This document shows positions 18,670 to 27,286 of a DNA stretch of 64,000 nucleotides, piece by piece. The position numbers were made by a program, and so were the translations under genes. The DNA lies in contig JANMJJ010000198.1 of NCBI GenBank assembly GCA_031371325.1, positions 492 through 64,491 on the forward strand, in the 5' to 3' direction. The DNA is from Akkermansiaceae bacterium. Lineage in GTDB: Bacteria; Verrucomicrobiota; Verrucomicrobiia; Verrucomicrobiales; Akkermansiaceae. Below the pieces are notes generated by a model. That model worked only from the letters and a program-made list of their open reading frames with translations. It was not told the origin of the DNA and did no database searches. The number at the start of each line of letters is the position of its first letter. Position 1 is the first letter of the stretch.

Positions 18670-20754
18670 GTGGCCGGTGAGGATCTCGATGGGCGATGGC
18701 AAACGGACGGAAAATTTTTCCGCGCCGGAAGCCAACGCGTGCGGATGAACGCGGTCACCTACGGGCCGTTTCCCGGTGGCTGGCCGGGGGCGTTCGCGCC
18801 GGATTTTTCGCGGATGGTCGCGGCGGGATTCAATGCGGTCCGGCTGTATGAACTGCCGGACCTGCGGCTGCTGAATGCTGCGGCGGAACACGGGCTGAAA
18901 GTCTTCGGCGGGTTGAAATGGGGGCACAGCGCGGATTTTTTCAGGGAACCCGGGATTTACACGGCGGCGGTGATTTCACTGGCGAATTCGCTGAAGGAAA
19001 TCGGCAATCATCCGGCGCTGGCCGGGATTTACGTGGGCAACGAGGTCCCCGCCGATCTGGCGCGCTGGATGGGTCCGCTCAAGGTACGGCGGGCGATTGA
19101 GGGACTCATCGACATCGGCAGGGAACTCGCGCCTCAACTGCTGTTTGCCTACGCGAACTACCCGAGCACCGAATACCTAGAGCCGGAAAACGCCGATTTC
19201 ACGGCCTTCAATGTCTATCTGGAAGACGAGCGGGCTTTCCGCAGCTATGTCAAACGGCTGCATCACGTCGCGGGCGACCGGCCGCTGGTGATCGCCGAGT
19301 TCGGCCTGGATTCGCGGCGCAACGGGCTTGAGCGGCAGGCGGAAGTCCTCGGTTGGGCGACCCAAGCCGCGCTCGATCTGGAAACCGCGGGCATGACCGT
19401 TTACGCGTGGAGCGACCGCTGGTGGAACGCTGGCGCGGAAGTCCTCGACTGGGATTTCGGGCTGCTGGATCGCGCAGGAAAACCCAAACCCGCCTTCTTC
19501 GCTCTCAACCCTCAACTCTCAACTATCAACCCTCTCCGCTTCAGCGTCATCGTCTGCACGCGCAACGGCAATGGCCGCATTGGCAATTGCCTCAACGCGA
19601 TCCGCCGGATGACCGGCAGCGGCTTCGAGACGATCGTGGTGGACGACGGTTCGACCGACGGCACCGGCGATTTCGTGGAGCAAAATTTCCCATGGGTCCA
19701 GCTGATCCGGCTCGAACCCGGCGGCTTGAGCGCTGCTAGAAACGCCGGTGCCGCTGCGGCATGCGGCGAGGTGTTAGCGTTCACCGATGACGATTGCGAA
19801 CCGGACATCGAATGGATCGCCCGGATGCGGCCGACGTTTCTCAAAGGCAAATATGCTGCGGCGGGCGGTCCGAATTTGCCGCCGAAATCGCGAAGCTGGG
19901 AAGAAGCCGTAGTCTGCGCCGCACCGGGAGCACCCAGCCATGTGATGCTGGACGACGAGGAAGCCGAGCACTTGCCGGGTTGCAACCTGGTGGTGACGAA
20001 AGCCGCGTTCGACGCGATCGGCGGCTTCGATCCGCAATTCCACACCGCAGGCGACGACGTGGATTTTTGTTGGCGCCTGCGGGACGCCGGGTTCCGCCTC
20101 GGCTTCGTGCCGGGTGCCTTCGTCTGGCATTGGCGGCGGCCGTCGATCGGGGCCTTTCTCCGCCAACAACTCGGCTACGGCCGCGCCGAGCATTTGCTGT
20201 TAGCGAAGCATCCGGCCCGCTTCTCGAAACGCGGCGACGCCAAATGGCGAGGCTTCGTCTATGGCGGCGGCCCGGTGCGCGTGATGCGGGATTCCATCAT
20301 CTATCACGGCCCGATGGGCGACGCCGGCTATCAGGCGATCACCAACCGGATGCTGCCGCTGCGAGGCTTGGAGAAATCGTTCGACTCGCTGAAATCGCGG
20401 CTCGCGCTCAAAGCCGTCGAATTTTTCCAACCCCGGCTGCGTGCCTGGGCGAGAAACCGGACAATTTTTTTCGGTTCGAAATCGACGGCCAAATCTGGAG
20501 ATCCCGGACCAGGTGAGGAGTTCACCATCGATTCGCCTGACGCCAAGGAGCGCGACCATTTTCTCAATCTCCTCATCCAACAAGGATGGAAGCCTGCGGG
20601 TGAAACCGATCTGTGGGATCTCGAAAAAGGCCCGGCCCGCATCCTCATGGCCACCGAGCGCGGCGATGGCCCGGCCAAGCGAATCCTCGTCCGGGTGTGG
20701 GGGCCGCTCTCAGCCGCCGATCTCAAGCGCTCCTACCGATTCATGGAGGCTTGA
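18670..20754 (+). CDS. Fusion of a glycoside-hydrolase-like TIM barrel and a GT2 glycosyltransferase
   Basis: N-terminal VTYGPF, GFNAVRLY, VGNEVP, VIAEFGLD (clan GH-A-like Glu pair). C-terminal FSVIVCTRN, VVDDGSTD, AFTDDDC, GDDVDFCWR. Confidence 0.85.
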   Translation: MAGEDLDGRWQTDGKFFRAGSQRVRMNAVTYGPFPGGWPGAFAPDFSRMVAAGFNAVRLYELPDLRLLNAAAEHGLKVFGGLKWGHSADFFREPGIYTAAVISLANSLKEIGNHPALAGIYVGNEVPADLARWMGPLKVRRAIEGLIDIGRELAPQLLFAYANYPSTEYLEPENADFTAFNVYLEDERAFRSYVKRLHHVAGDRPLVIAEFGLDSRRNGLERQAEVLGWATQAALDLETAGMTVYAWSDRWWNAGAEVLDWDFGLLDRAGKPKPAFFALNPQLSTINPLRFSVIVCTRNGNGRIGNCLNAIRRMTGSGFETIVVDDGSTDGTGDFVEQNFPWVQLIRLEPGGLSAARNAGAAAACGEVLAFTDDDCEPDIEWIARMRPTFLKGKYAAAGGPNLPPKSRSWEEAVVCAAPGAPSHVMLDDEEAEHLPGCNLVVTKAAFDAIGGFDPQFHTAGDDVDFCWRLRDAGFRLGFVPGAFVWHWRRPSIGAFLRQQLGYGRAEHLLLAKHPARFSKRGDAKWRGFVYGGGPVRVMRDSIIYHGPMGDAGYQAITNRMLPLRGLEKSFDSLKSRLALKAVEFFQPRLRAWARNRTIFFGSKSTAKSGDPGPGEEFTIDSPDAKERDHFLNLLIQQGWKPAGETDLWDLEKGPARILMATERGDGPAKRILVRVWGPLSAADLKRSYRFMEA
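19502..19529 (+). repeat. Heptamer tandem run (CYCTCAA-like x4) in the GH/GT2 linker
   Basis: CTCTCAA CCCTCAA CTCTCAA CTATCAA. Confidence 0.75.
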
Positions 20755-20795
20755 TTCACTAGGATCACAGCCGTTCCCTGCACCGGAGTAAGGGG

Positions 20796-20930
20796 AAAGG
20801 ATGGGAAGGTGAGGCGAAGGCCGAGTTCAAAGCCGCAGCGTATTATTATGAAGAACAAGCCGAAGGGCTGGGACAACGTTTCACCGCACACATCGAAGCC
20901 CCGCTCACCCGGATTCTTGCCAATCCATTG
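20796..20930 (+). pseudogene. RelE/ParE-family toxin N-terminal remnant
   Basis: Frame 3 reads KGWEGEAKAEFKAAAYYYEEQAEGLGQRFTAHIEAPLTRILANPL, matching the ParE-like pattern EA..E...A..YYE....GLG.RF...I. No start codon and no C-terminal half. Not in the ORF track. Confidence 0.65.
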
Positions 20931-21012
20931 GCACTTCATGGTCTTGGGCGATTCGGAGATCGCCCCTCCTTGTTGCCTTGCGGCGAAACCGCGTGCTGGC
21001 TAGGGATAGGCG

Positions 21013-21984
21013 ATGCCGCTGCTCACCCAGGATTTCGATTACCACTTGCCTGAGGAACTGATCGCCGCGCGGCCGCTCGCCGAGCGTTCCGCCTCGCGGA
21101 TGTTGGTCGTCCACAAGGACAGCGGCGTGATCGAACACCGGATGTTCCGCGACTTCCCCGAATACCTACGGGCGGATGATTTGCTAGTCCTCAACGACAC
21201 CAAGGTCATTCCCGCCCGGGTGTTTTCCGACGATGGCAAAACCGAACTGCTGTGCCTCGACCGCCTCTCCCCGCTCGAATGGCGCTGCCTCGTTCGACCG
21301 GGCAAGCGGATGAAGTTGGGCCGAAGTGTTAGCGTCGGCGGCACCCCGGGAATCGTGACCGAAGTCTTCGAAAATGGCGACCGTTTGATCCGCTGGGATG
21401 CGCCGGTGGATCTGGAAAAGCACGGCCACCTCGCCCTGCCTCACTACATGGGCCGCGATGACGAACTCGCTGACCGCGAGCGCTACCAGACCGTCTTCGC
21501 CCGCGAGGAAGGTGCCATCGCCGCGCCCACCGCCGGGCTGCATTTCACGCCGGAGCTGTTGGATAAAATCCCGCACGCATTTCTAACACTGCACGTCGGC
21601 GTCGGCACGTTCCGCCCGGTCAGCGTGGAAGTCGTGGCCGATCACATCATGCATTCCGAGCGCTACGTCGTCAGCGCCGCGACCGCAAAACGGGTGAACG
21701 CAGCAGGACGCGTCGTCGCCGTGGGCACGACGGTGACGCGGGTGCTGGAGTCCATCGGCAAGCCGATCCGCGAATGCCGAGGCGAGACGGACATCTTCCT
21801 CCACCCGCCCTATCAGTTCGGCGTGGTCGGCGCGTTGCTGACGAATTTTCACCTGCCGCAAAGCACGCTGATCATGCTGGTGAGCGCCTTCGCCGGGCAG
21901 GAACTGGTGATGGAGGCTTACCGCAAAGCCGTCGAGGAGCGTTATCGGTTTTTCAGCTATGGCGATTGCATGTTGCTGGTGTGA
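21013..21984 (+). CDS. queA: S-adenosylmethionine:tRNA ribosyltransferase-isomerase
   Basis: DFDYHLPEELIA, NDTKVIPAR, RYQTVFA, AAPTAGLHFT, TNFHLPQSTL, YRFFSYGD. Confidence 0.96.
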   Translation: MPLLTQDFDYHLPEELIAARPLAERSASRMLVVHKDSGVIEHRMFRDFPEYLRADDLLVLNDTKVIPARVFSDDGKTELLCLDRLSPLEWRCLVRPGKRMKLGRSVSVGGTPGIVTEVFENGDRLIRWDAPVDLEKHGHLALPHYMGRDDELADRERYQTVFAREEGAIAAPTAGLHFTPELLDKIPHAFLTLHVGVGTFRPVSVEVVADHIMHSERYVVSAATAKRVNAAGRVVAVGTTVTRVLESIGKPIRECRGETDIFLHPPYQFGVVGALLTNFHLPQSTLIMLVSAFAGQELVMEAYRKAVEERYRFFSYGDCMLLV

Positions 21985-22002
21985 TGTGAAAAATCCCCGG
22001 CG

Positions 22003-22761
22003 ATGAAACTCATTTCCTGGAACGTGAACGGCATCCGCGCCACGATTGGCAAAGGCCTCGGTGATTTTGTGACGGCGGAAAAGCCTGACATCCTCTGCCT
22101 TCAGGAAACCAAGGCCCGTCCCGAGCAAGTGACGCTGCCACCCGAGTTGGATGGCTTTCACGGTTACTGGGACTCGGCGCAAAAGCCCGGCTACTCAGGC
22201 GTCGCCGTGTTCACCCGCGAGCAACCGCTCGACATCCGGATGGGCCTGGGCATGGACGAGCACGACAAGGAAGGCCGCGTCCTAACACTCGAGTATCCGG
22301 ATTTTTTCCTGGTGAATGTTTACACGCCCAACGCGCAGGACGGCCTCCGCCGCCTGCCCTATCGGCTGACATGGGATGATGCATTCCGCCGCCACGTCGC
22401 CAACCTCGCGACCACCAAACCCGTCATCTTCTGTGGCGATCTCAACGTCGCCCATCAGGAAATCGACATCGCCAGGCCGAAGGAAAACCGCTTCTCCGCC
22501 GGCTTCTCCGACGAGGAACGCGCCAGCTTCGGCGAGCTGCTCAACGCCGGCTTCACCGACACCTTCCGCCACTTCTATCCGGACAAACGCGATGCCTACT
22601 CGTGGTGGTCGTTCCGCGGCGGAGCTAGGCAGCGCAACGTCGGCTGGAGGATCGACTACTTCGGCGTTTCCACGCCTTTCATGAGCCGCGTGAAGGACGC
22701 GGAAATCCTGCCGCACGTCACCGGCTCGGATCATTGCCCGGTGGGGGTCACGCTGGCGTGA
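22003..22761 (+). CDS. xth: Exodeoxyribonuclease III
   Basis: SWNVNGIRA, LQETK, CGDLNVAH, YSWWS, GWRIDY, GSDHCPV. Confidence 0.95.
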   Translation: MKLISWNVNGIRATIGKGLGDFVTAEKPDILCLQETKARPEQVTLPPELDGFHGYWDSAQKPGYSGVAVFTREQPLDIRMGLGMDEHDKEGRVLTLEYPDFFLVNVYTPNAQDGLRRLPYRLTWDDAFRRHVANLATTKPVIFCGDLNVAHQEIDIARPKENRFSAGFSDEERASFGELLNAGFTDTFRHFYPDKRDAYSWWSFRGGARQRNVGWRIDYFGVSTPFMSRVKDAEILPHVTGSDHCPVGVTLA

Positions 22762-22824
22762 AAACGTAGTCGAGGACTTCAGTCCGATCTTAATTGATTC
22801 GGACTGAAGTCTTCGACTACGTTT
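22762..22824. repeat. GTAG-type REP hairpin between convergent xth and rsmI (possible bidirectional terminator)
   Basis: AAACGTAGTCGAGGACTTCAGTCCGA ... TCGGACTGAAGTCTTCGACTACGTTT: 26-bp arms with one mismatch. Supplies the rsmI stop codon. Confidence 0.8.
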
Positions 22825-23512
22825 CAGAATGCACCAGCAGCACGATCTCCCCCTTCGGCGCGTGACTCTGGAAATTCGCCAGCACCTCCGCCGCCGTGCC
22901 GCGGTGGTAGGTCTCGAACTTCTTCGTCAACTCGCGCGCGACGCAGGTGCGGGCGGCGGGATTGATCTCTGCTAGAATCTCCAGCGTGGAAATGATCCGG
23001 TGCGGCGACTCGAAAAAGATCCCGGTTTCATCAGACTCCAGTGCGGCGGTTAGAGCGCTGCGGCGCTTGCCGGATTTCACCGAGAGGAAGCCTCCGAAGC
23101 GGAAGGCGTGACACGGAAAACCCGAGCCGATCAGCGCGGTGATGACGGCCGACGGGCCGGGCAGCACTTCGAGCGGCGTGCCGGATTCGATGCAGGCTTG
23201 CACCAGCCGGTAGCCGGGATCCGAGATGCCGGGCATCCCCGCGTCGCTGATGACGGCGATGGTCTCCCCCGCCCTCGCGGCGGCGATGAGATCCGGCGTG
23301 CGGCGGGCTTCGTTGTGCTCGTGGAGCGAAACGAGCGGTTTGCCGGAAATGCCGTGATGGGCTAACAACTGGCCGGAATGGCGGGTGTCCTCGCACGCGA
23401 TGCGATCGGCTGCACGCAGAATTTCGAGGGCGCGGAGCGTGATGTCGGATAGATTTCCGATGGGCGTCGGGACGAGGATGATCCGGCCGGAGATTTCGGG
23501 GGAGGTTTCCAT
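22817..23512 (-). CDS. rsmI: 16S rRNA (cytidine1402-2'-O)-methyltransferase
   Basis: PTPIGNLSDITLRAL, ACEDTR, SDAGMPGISDPG, FESPHR, RELTKKFE, KGEIVL. Confidence 0.95.
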   Translation of the reverse strand: METSPEISGRIILVPTPIGNLSDITLRALEILRAADRIACEDTRHSGQLLAHHGISGKPLVSLHEHNEARRTPDLIAAARAGETIAVISDAGMPGISDPGYRLVQACIESGTPLEVLPGPSAVITALIGSGFPCHAFRFGGFLSVKSGKRRSALTAALESDETGIFFESPHRIISTLEILAEINPAARTCVARELTKKFETYHRGTAAEVLANFQSHAPKGEIVLLVHSET

Positions 23513-23515
23513 GAT

Positions 23516-23938
23516 TCAGGCGAGATGAATCTCGCGGTGCAATTTCCCGCGCTCTTCGTCAATGATGAGCACTGGCTTGCCCTCATGGTCCACGCGGACG
23601 CTTGTCATGCTACCGCAAGCGGCAATTTCTCCAGCCGCATTGATCACTTCGAAGTTCCACGTCACCGACGACGCGCCGATCCGGAAAATGGCTAACAGCA
23701 CCTCGAAACGTTCGCCGCATCGGAACGGGCGCTTGTAGTCGCAGGACACTTTCACCCGCGGCCAACCGCCTTCAGCCCGGTCGAATACTAGGATGCCGCG
23801 CGACCGCAGGAACGCGTGCTCCGCCTCTTCGACGTATTTGAAAACATTCGGAAAGTGCATCCAGCCGCTGGCATCCGTATCGCCGAACGCGATTTCGCCA
23901 GCCCGCCGATGCACCGGATTTTCCATGGGCGAACTCAC
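23516..23938 (-). CDS. Acyl-CoA thioesterase (4HBT / hotdog fold)
   Basis: FGDTDASGWMHFPNVFKYVEEAE. Coupled to fabF. Confidence 0.85.
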   Translation of the reverse strand: MSSPMENPVHRRAGEIAFGDTDASGWMHFPNVFKYVEEAEHAFLRSRGILVFDRAEGGWPRVKVSCDYKRPFRCGERFEVLLAIFRIGASSVTWNFEVINAAGEIAACGSMTSVRVDHEGKPVLIIDEERGKLHREIHLA

Positions 23939-25182
23939 TCGAACTTGCTAACGAGTACCGACGCGTTGTGACCGCCGAAGCCGAAGCTGTTGCTCAGCGC
24001 GACCTTGACCGGCACCTCGCGGGCGGTGTTAGGGACCACGTCCAGATCGCACTCGGGGTCCTGGTCGTCCACGTTGATCGTCGGTGGAATGACGCCGTCC
24101 TTGATCGCCATGATACTCGCGATGAGCTCCACGCCACCGGCTGCGCCGAGCATGTGGCCGGTCATCGATTTGGTGGAACTCACCATCAGGCCGTTGTTGG
24201 CATAGTCCCCGAAGGCACGCTTGATGGCCTTGGTTTCAGCGATGTCGCCGAGGCCGGTCGAGGTGGCGTGGGCGTTGAGATAATCCACGTCTTCCGGATT
24301 CTTCTTCCCGTGACGGAGGGCCATTTGGATCGCGTAAGCCGGCCCGGCTCCATCAGGCGAAGGTGCGCTGATGTGATAGGCGTCGGCGCTGACGCCGTAG
24401 CCGATGAGCTCGGCGTAGATTTTCGCGCCGCGCTTGAGGGCGTGTTCAAGTTCCTCAATGACGATCACGCCGGCACCTTCACCCATGACGAAACCATCGC
24501 GGCCCTTGTCGAACGGACGCGAGGCACGCTCGGGTTCGTCGTTGCGGGTGCTCAGCGCCTTCATGTTGGCGAAACCGGAGAGGCCCATCGGCAGCACCGC
24601 CGCTTCCGCGCCGCCGCAGAGGATGGCGTCGGCATCGCCGAATTTGATGATCCGCCAGGCTTCGCCGATGTTGTGGTTCGACGTCGCGCAGGCGGTGACA
24701 ATGACCATGTTAGGACCTAGCAGGCCGAACTCCATCGAGATGATCCCACTGGCGATGTTGGAAATCATCATCGGGATCGTGAACGGCGACACCCGCTTGG
24801 TGCCTTTGGTCATGTAGGTCGTGTGTTCGCGCTCGAGGGTGGCCAGTCCGCCGATGCCGCTGCCGACCATCACGCCGAACCGCCGGGCATCCATCTTGGA
24901 AACATCCACGCCCGAGTCCTCCATCGCCATCTTCGACGCGGCCACGGCGAACTGGACGTAGCGGTCTGAACGCCGGGCGTCCTTCGGCATGCCGAAATAG
25001 CCGTCGGCATTGAAATCTTTCACCTCGCCCGCGATTCTGCAGTCGAACGGTGAGGGATCGATGTTGGTGATGGTTTTGATGCCACTGCGGCCCGCCTTGA
25101 GCCCCGCCCAAGTGCTGTCCAAGTCATTGCCAAGTGGGGTGATACATCCAATGCCGGTGATGACGACGCGTCGTTCGCTCAT
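23935..25182 (-). CDS. fabF: Beta-ketoacyl-ACP synthase II
   Basis: RRVVITGIG, TACATS, NAHATST, KSMTGHMLGAAG, NSFGFGGHN. Confidence 0.96.
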   Translation of the reverse strand: MSERRVVITGIGCITPLGNDLDSTWAGLKAGRSGIKTITNIDPSPFDCRIAGEVKDFNADGYFGMPKDARRSDRYVQFAVAASKMAMEDSGVDVSKMDARRFGVMVGSGIGGLATLEREHTTYMTKGTKRVSPFTIPMMISNIASGIISMEFGLLGPNMVIVTACATSNHNIGEAWRIIKFGDADAILCGGAEAAVLPMGLSGFANMKALSTRNDEPERASRPFDKGRDGFVMGEGAGVIVIEELEHALKRGAKIYAELIGYGVSADAYHISAPSPDGAGPAYAIQMALRHGKKNPEDVDYLNAHATSTGLGDIAETKAIKRAFGDYANNGLMVSSTKSMTGHMLGAAGGVELIASIMAIKDGVIPPTINVDDQDPECDLDVVPNTAREVPVKVALSNSFGFGGHNASVLVSKFE

Positions 25183-25264
25183 AATTAGTGGGAAAGTTTG
25201 GCCCGCCGGGCGCACCCGCGCAAGCCTCATCATGCGCTTGCGGATTTGTTTCAAGCTGAATGAC

Positions 25265-25792
25265 TTACTTCGCCGGCGAGGAGGTGCCTGTGGGCGACAG
25301 GAGCAGGTCGTCGCCGTTGTATGGGATGCGATCGGGGCCTGCGGAGCGCAGTTCAAGCTCCCGCCACGCCTCGGGATGGACGATCAACGGGCTACCCCAA
25401 CGGTCGATCAGCAGGCCCTCGCGGGAGAATACCGGCTGGCCCGCGCGGATGAAAATCTCACGATTCGGATTCTCACCGCGCAGCGCCGCTGAGAAATCCT
25501 CGTTGCCGCCGATGGGAAAATGCCGGGCGTCCTTGACCAGCGAAAAGTAACCGACCGCGACGCGCTGGATCTTCCGCAGGTCTTCGAGCGGCGGGGTCGC
25601 GGGATCGCCGTAGCCTGTTAGCAACGACTCGCTGGCGGTGGGTGCCGATGGAGGCACCGGCTGAATTTGGCTTTGCACCGGTTTCGCAGGCAGCCGCTTC
25701 TTGACGACATCGAGTTGATTCGAAACCCAGGCCAGTATCGCGACCATCGCGAAAACCAGAATCAACCCGAAGATGGGAAACAAGCGGCGCAT
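25265..25792 (-). CDS. Membrane-anchored hypothetical protein with a GspG (pseudopilin)-like C-terminal motif
   Basis: N-terminal TM helix. LIDRWGSPL...LRSAGPD.IPYNGDDL resembles the T2SS-G DPWG...SxGPD...DD motif. Confidence 0.65.
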   Translation of the reverse strand: MRRLFPIFGLILVFAMVAILAWVSNQLDVVKKRLPAKPVQSQIQPVPPSAPTASESLLTGYGDPATPPLEDLRKIQRVAVGYFSLVKDARHFPIGGNEDFSAALRGENPNREIFIRAGQPVFSREGLLIDRWGSPLIVHPEAWRELELRSAGPDRIPYNGDDLLLSPTGTSSPAK

Positions 25793-25798
25793 GGCAAT

Positions 25799-27268
25799 TC
25801 AAGCAATGAACCCGACCGGATTCGCGGTGCTGGCCGGATCGTAGAAGCTGCGGATGTTGGGTAGAACCATGTCCATGTCGCCCGAGGTCACGCCGAACCA
25901 GCGGAGCAGCTCGCAAAAATACTCGTCGGCGGAGAGTTGCGGGAGAATCCGGCCGCCGCGGCCGATGTCGTTGGCACCGTCGATGACGAGCGAGGGAAAG
26001 GCCCCGCGGATCTGGCCGCCGGCGACGGGAGTTCCCATGACCAGTTGATTGCCGCCCCACGCGTGGTCGGTGCCTTGGCCGTTGGAACGCAAGGTGCGAC
26101 CGAAATCCGAGCAGGTGAAGGTCACCACGTCTTGCGCGAGACCGAGCGTTTCGAGGGATTTTTGGAATGCGTAGAGCACCGCGTCGAGCGTGAGAAGCAT
26201 GTTGCGCTGGTTGGTGAGCAGCTCGGTGTGGTGATCCCAGCCGCCGAACTCGATGAAGATCGTCTGCCGCCGCAGCTTGAGCGCCTCGCGGATGGCGATG
26301 GTCTTGATGGCTGCCTTGAACTGGTCGGACAGCCAGTGGTTAGGAAACCCGGCGGCTGCCAGGACCGTGTTGAGGTTCAGGCCGTTGACCGATCCGGGGT
26401 TGTCGAAACTCGTTTGAAACTCCGTTCCGCGCTCGATGCTGTTGGAGGTGATCCGGCCGTGGGTGCGCTGGAAAAGATTCTGATAGTGGTCCTCGAGCGG
26501 GCTGGCGACCGTCGAGCGCAGCACTTGGTTCTTGGCTTGGCTGACCGCAGAATTCCCGCCGCTGCCGGTGAACGAAAGCGCGCCGCCACTGGTGATGACG
26601 AACTGCCCCTCGCTCTGGCCGATCTGGAACGCGGCATTTCCCGCGAGCGAGAAATTCATCGGCATGTAGTAGCCGCCGGTTTGTTCGGTGTTGAGCGCGG
26701 AGTGGATGACGTCCGCCGCGCGGCCGCCCCATCCTGATAGAACCGACATCCCCTGCGGCACCGAGGTCTGCCATTGCTCGATCTGGTCGCGGTGGGAAAA
26801 CAAGGCCTTGGGAATCGCGACATTGCCGTTGAGATACGCCTGCTTGTTGGCGATCGGCTCGATCAGCGTGCCGATGTTTGCAAGCAAGGAAACACGCTTC
26901 TTGGTGGCGTCGCCGCCCATGCCGTTGAACATTTCCGCGAGCCGGGTGCAGGCGGGATGCAGGCCGAAGCTGCGGCCGAGGTTGTCGGTAAAATTGAGCG
27001 GCAGCAACTGGCTGCGCGGGATTGCCAGTGCCGAACGCGAGGCCGCGTATTCATCGTAGCCGCCCGGCTGGTCGCGGGGAATGAGGACGTTGAAGGTGTC
27101 GCAGCCGCCGGATAGAAACAGGCAAACGAGTGCCTTGCGCTGGCCCGCCATTCCACCTTGGGCCGCAGCGTGGTTGGCCATCGTCAGGTTGAGCAAGGTC
27201 GAGAGGATCGAAGTCGAGCCGATGGCGGCACAACTGGTTTCTCCGAGGAATTGGCGGCGGGAGCGCAT
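25799..27268 (-). CDS. DUF1501 family protein (Tat signal)
   Basis: SRRQFLG Tat motif, KALVCLFLSGGCD, GGWDHH, SDFGRTL, GTDHAWGG. Directly follows DUF1800. Confidence 0.9.
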   Translation of the reverse strand: MRSRRQFLGETSCAAIGSTSILSTLLNLTMANHAAAQGGMAGQRKALVCLFLSGGCDTFNVLIPRDQPGGYDEYAASRSALAIPRSQLLPLNFTDNLGRSFGLHPACTRLAEMFNGMGGDATKKRVSLLANIGTLIEPIANKQAYLNGNVAIPKALFSHRDQIEQWQTSVPQGMSVLSGWGGRAADVIHSALNTEQTGGYYMPMNFSLAGNAAFQIGQSEGQFVITSGGALSFTGSGGNSAVSQAKNQVLRSTVASPLEDHYQNLFQRTHGRITSNSIERGTEFQTSFDNPGSVNGLNLNTVLAAAGFPNHWLSDQFKAAIKTIAIREALKLRRQTIFIEFGGWDHHTELLTNQRNMLLTLDAVLYAFQKSLETLGLAQDVVTFTCSDFGRTLRSNGQGTDHAWGGNQLVMGTPVAGGQIRGAFPSLVIDGANDIGRGGRILPQLSADEYFCELLRWFGVTSGDMDMVLPNIRSFYDPASTANPVGFIA

Positions 27269-27286
27269 GGATGTTAGAGCTGGGGA

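Noticed and set aside
23968-24720. Long antisense ORFs (also 9877-10755, 39971-40876, 55683-56576, 59493-60569)
   Set aside because: Shadow ORFs expected opposite GC3-rich genes. The other strand carries clear family motifs.
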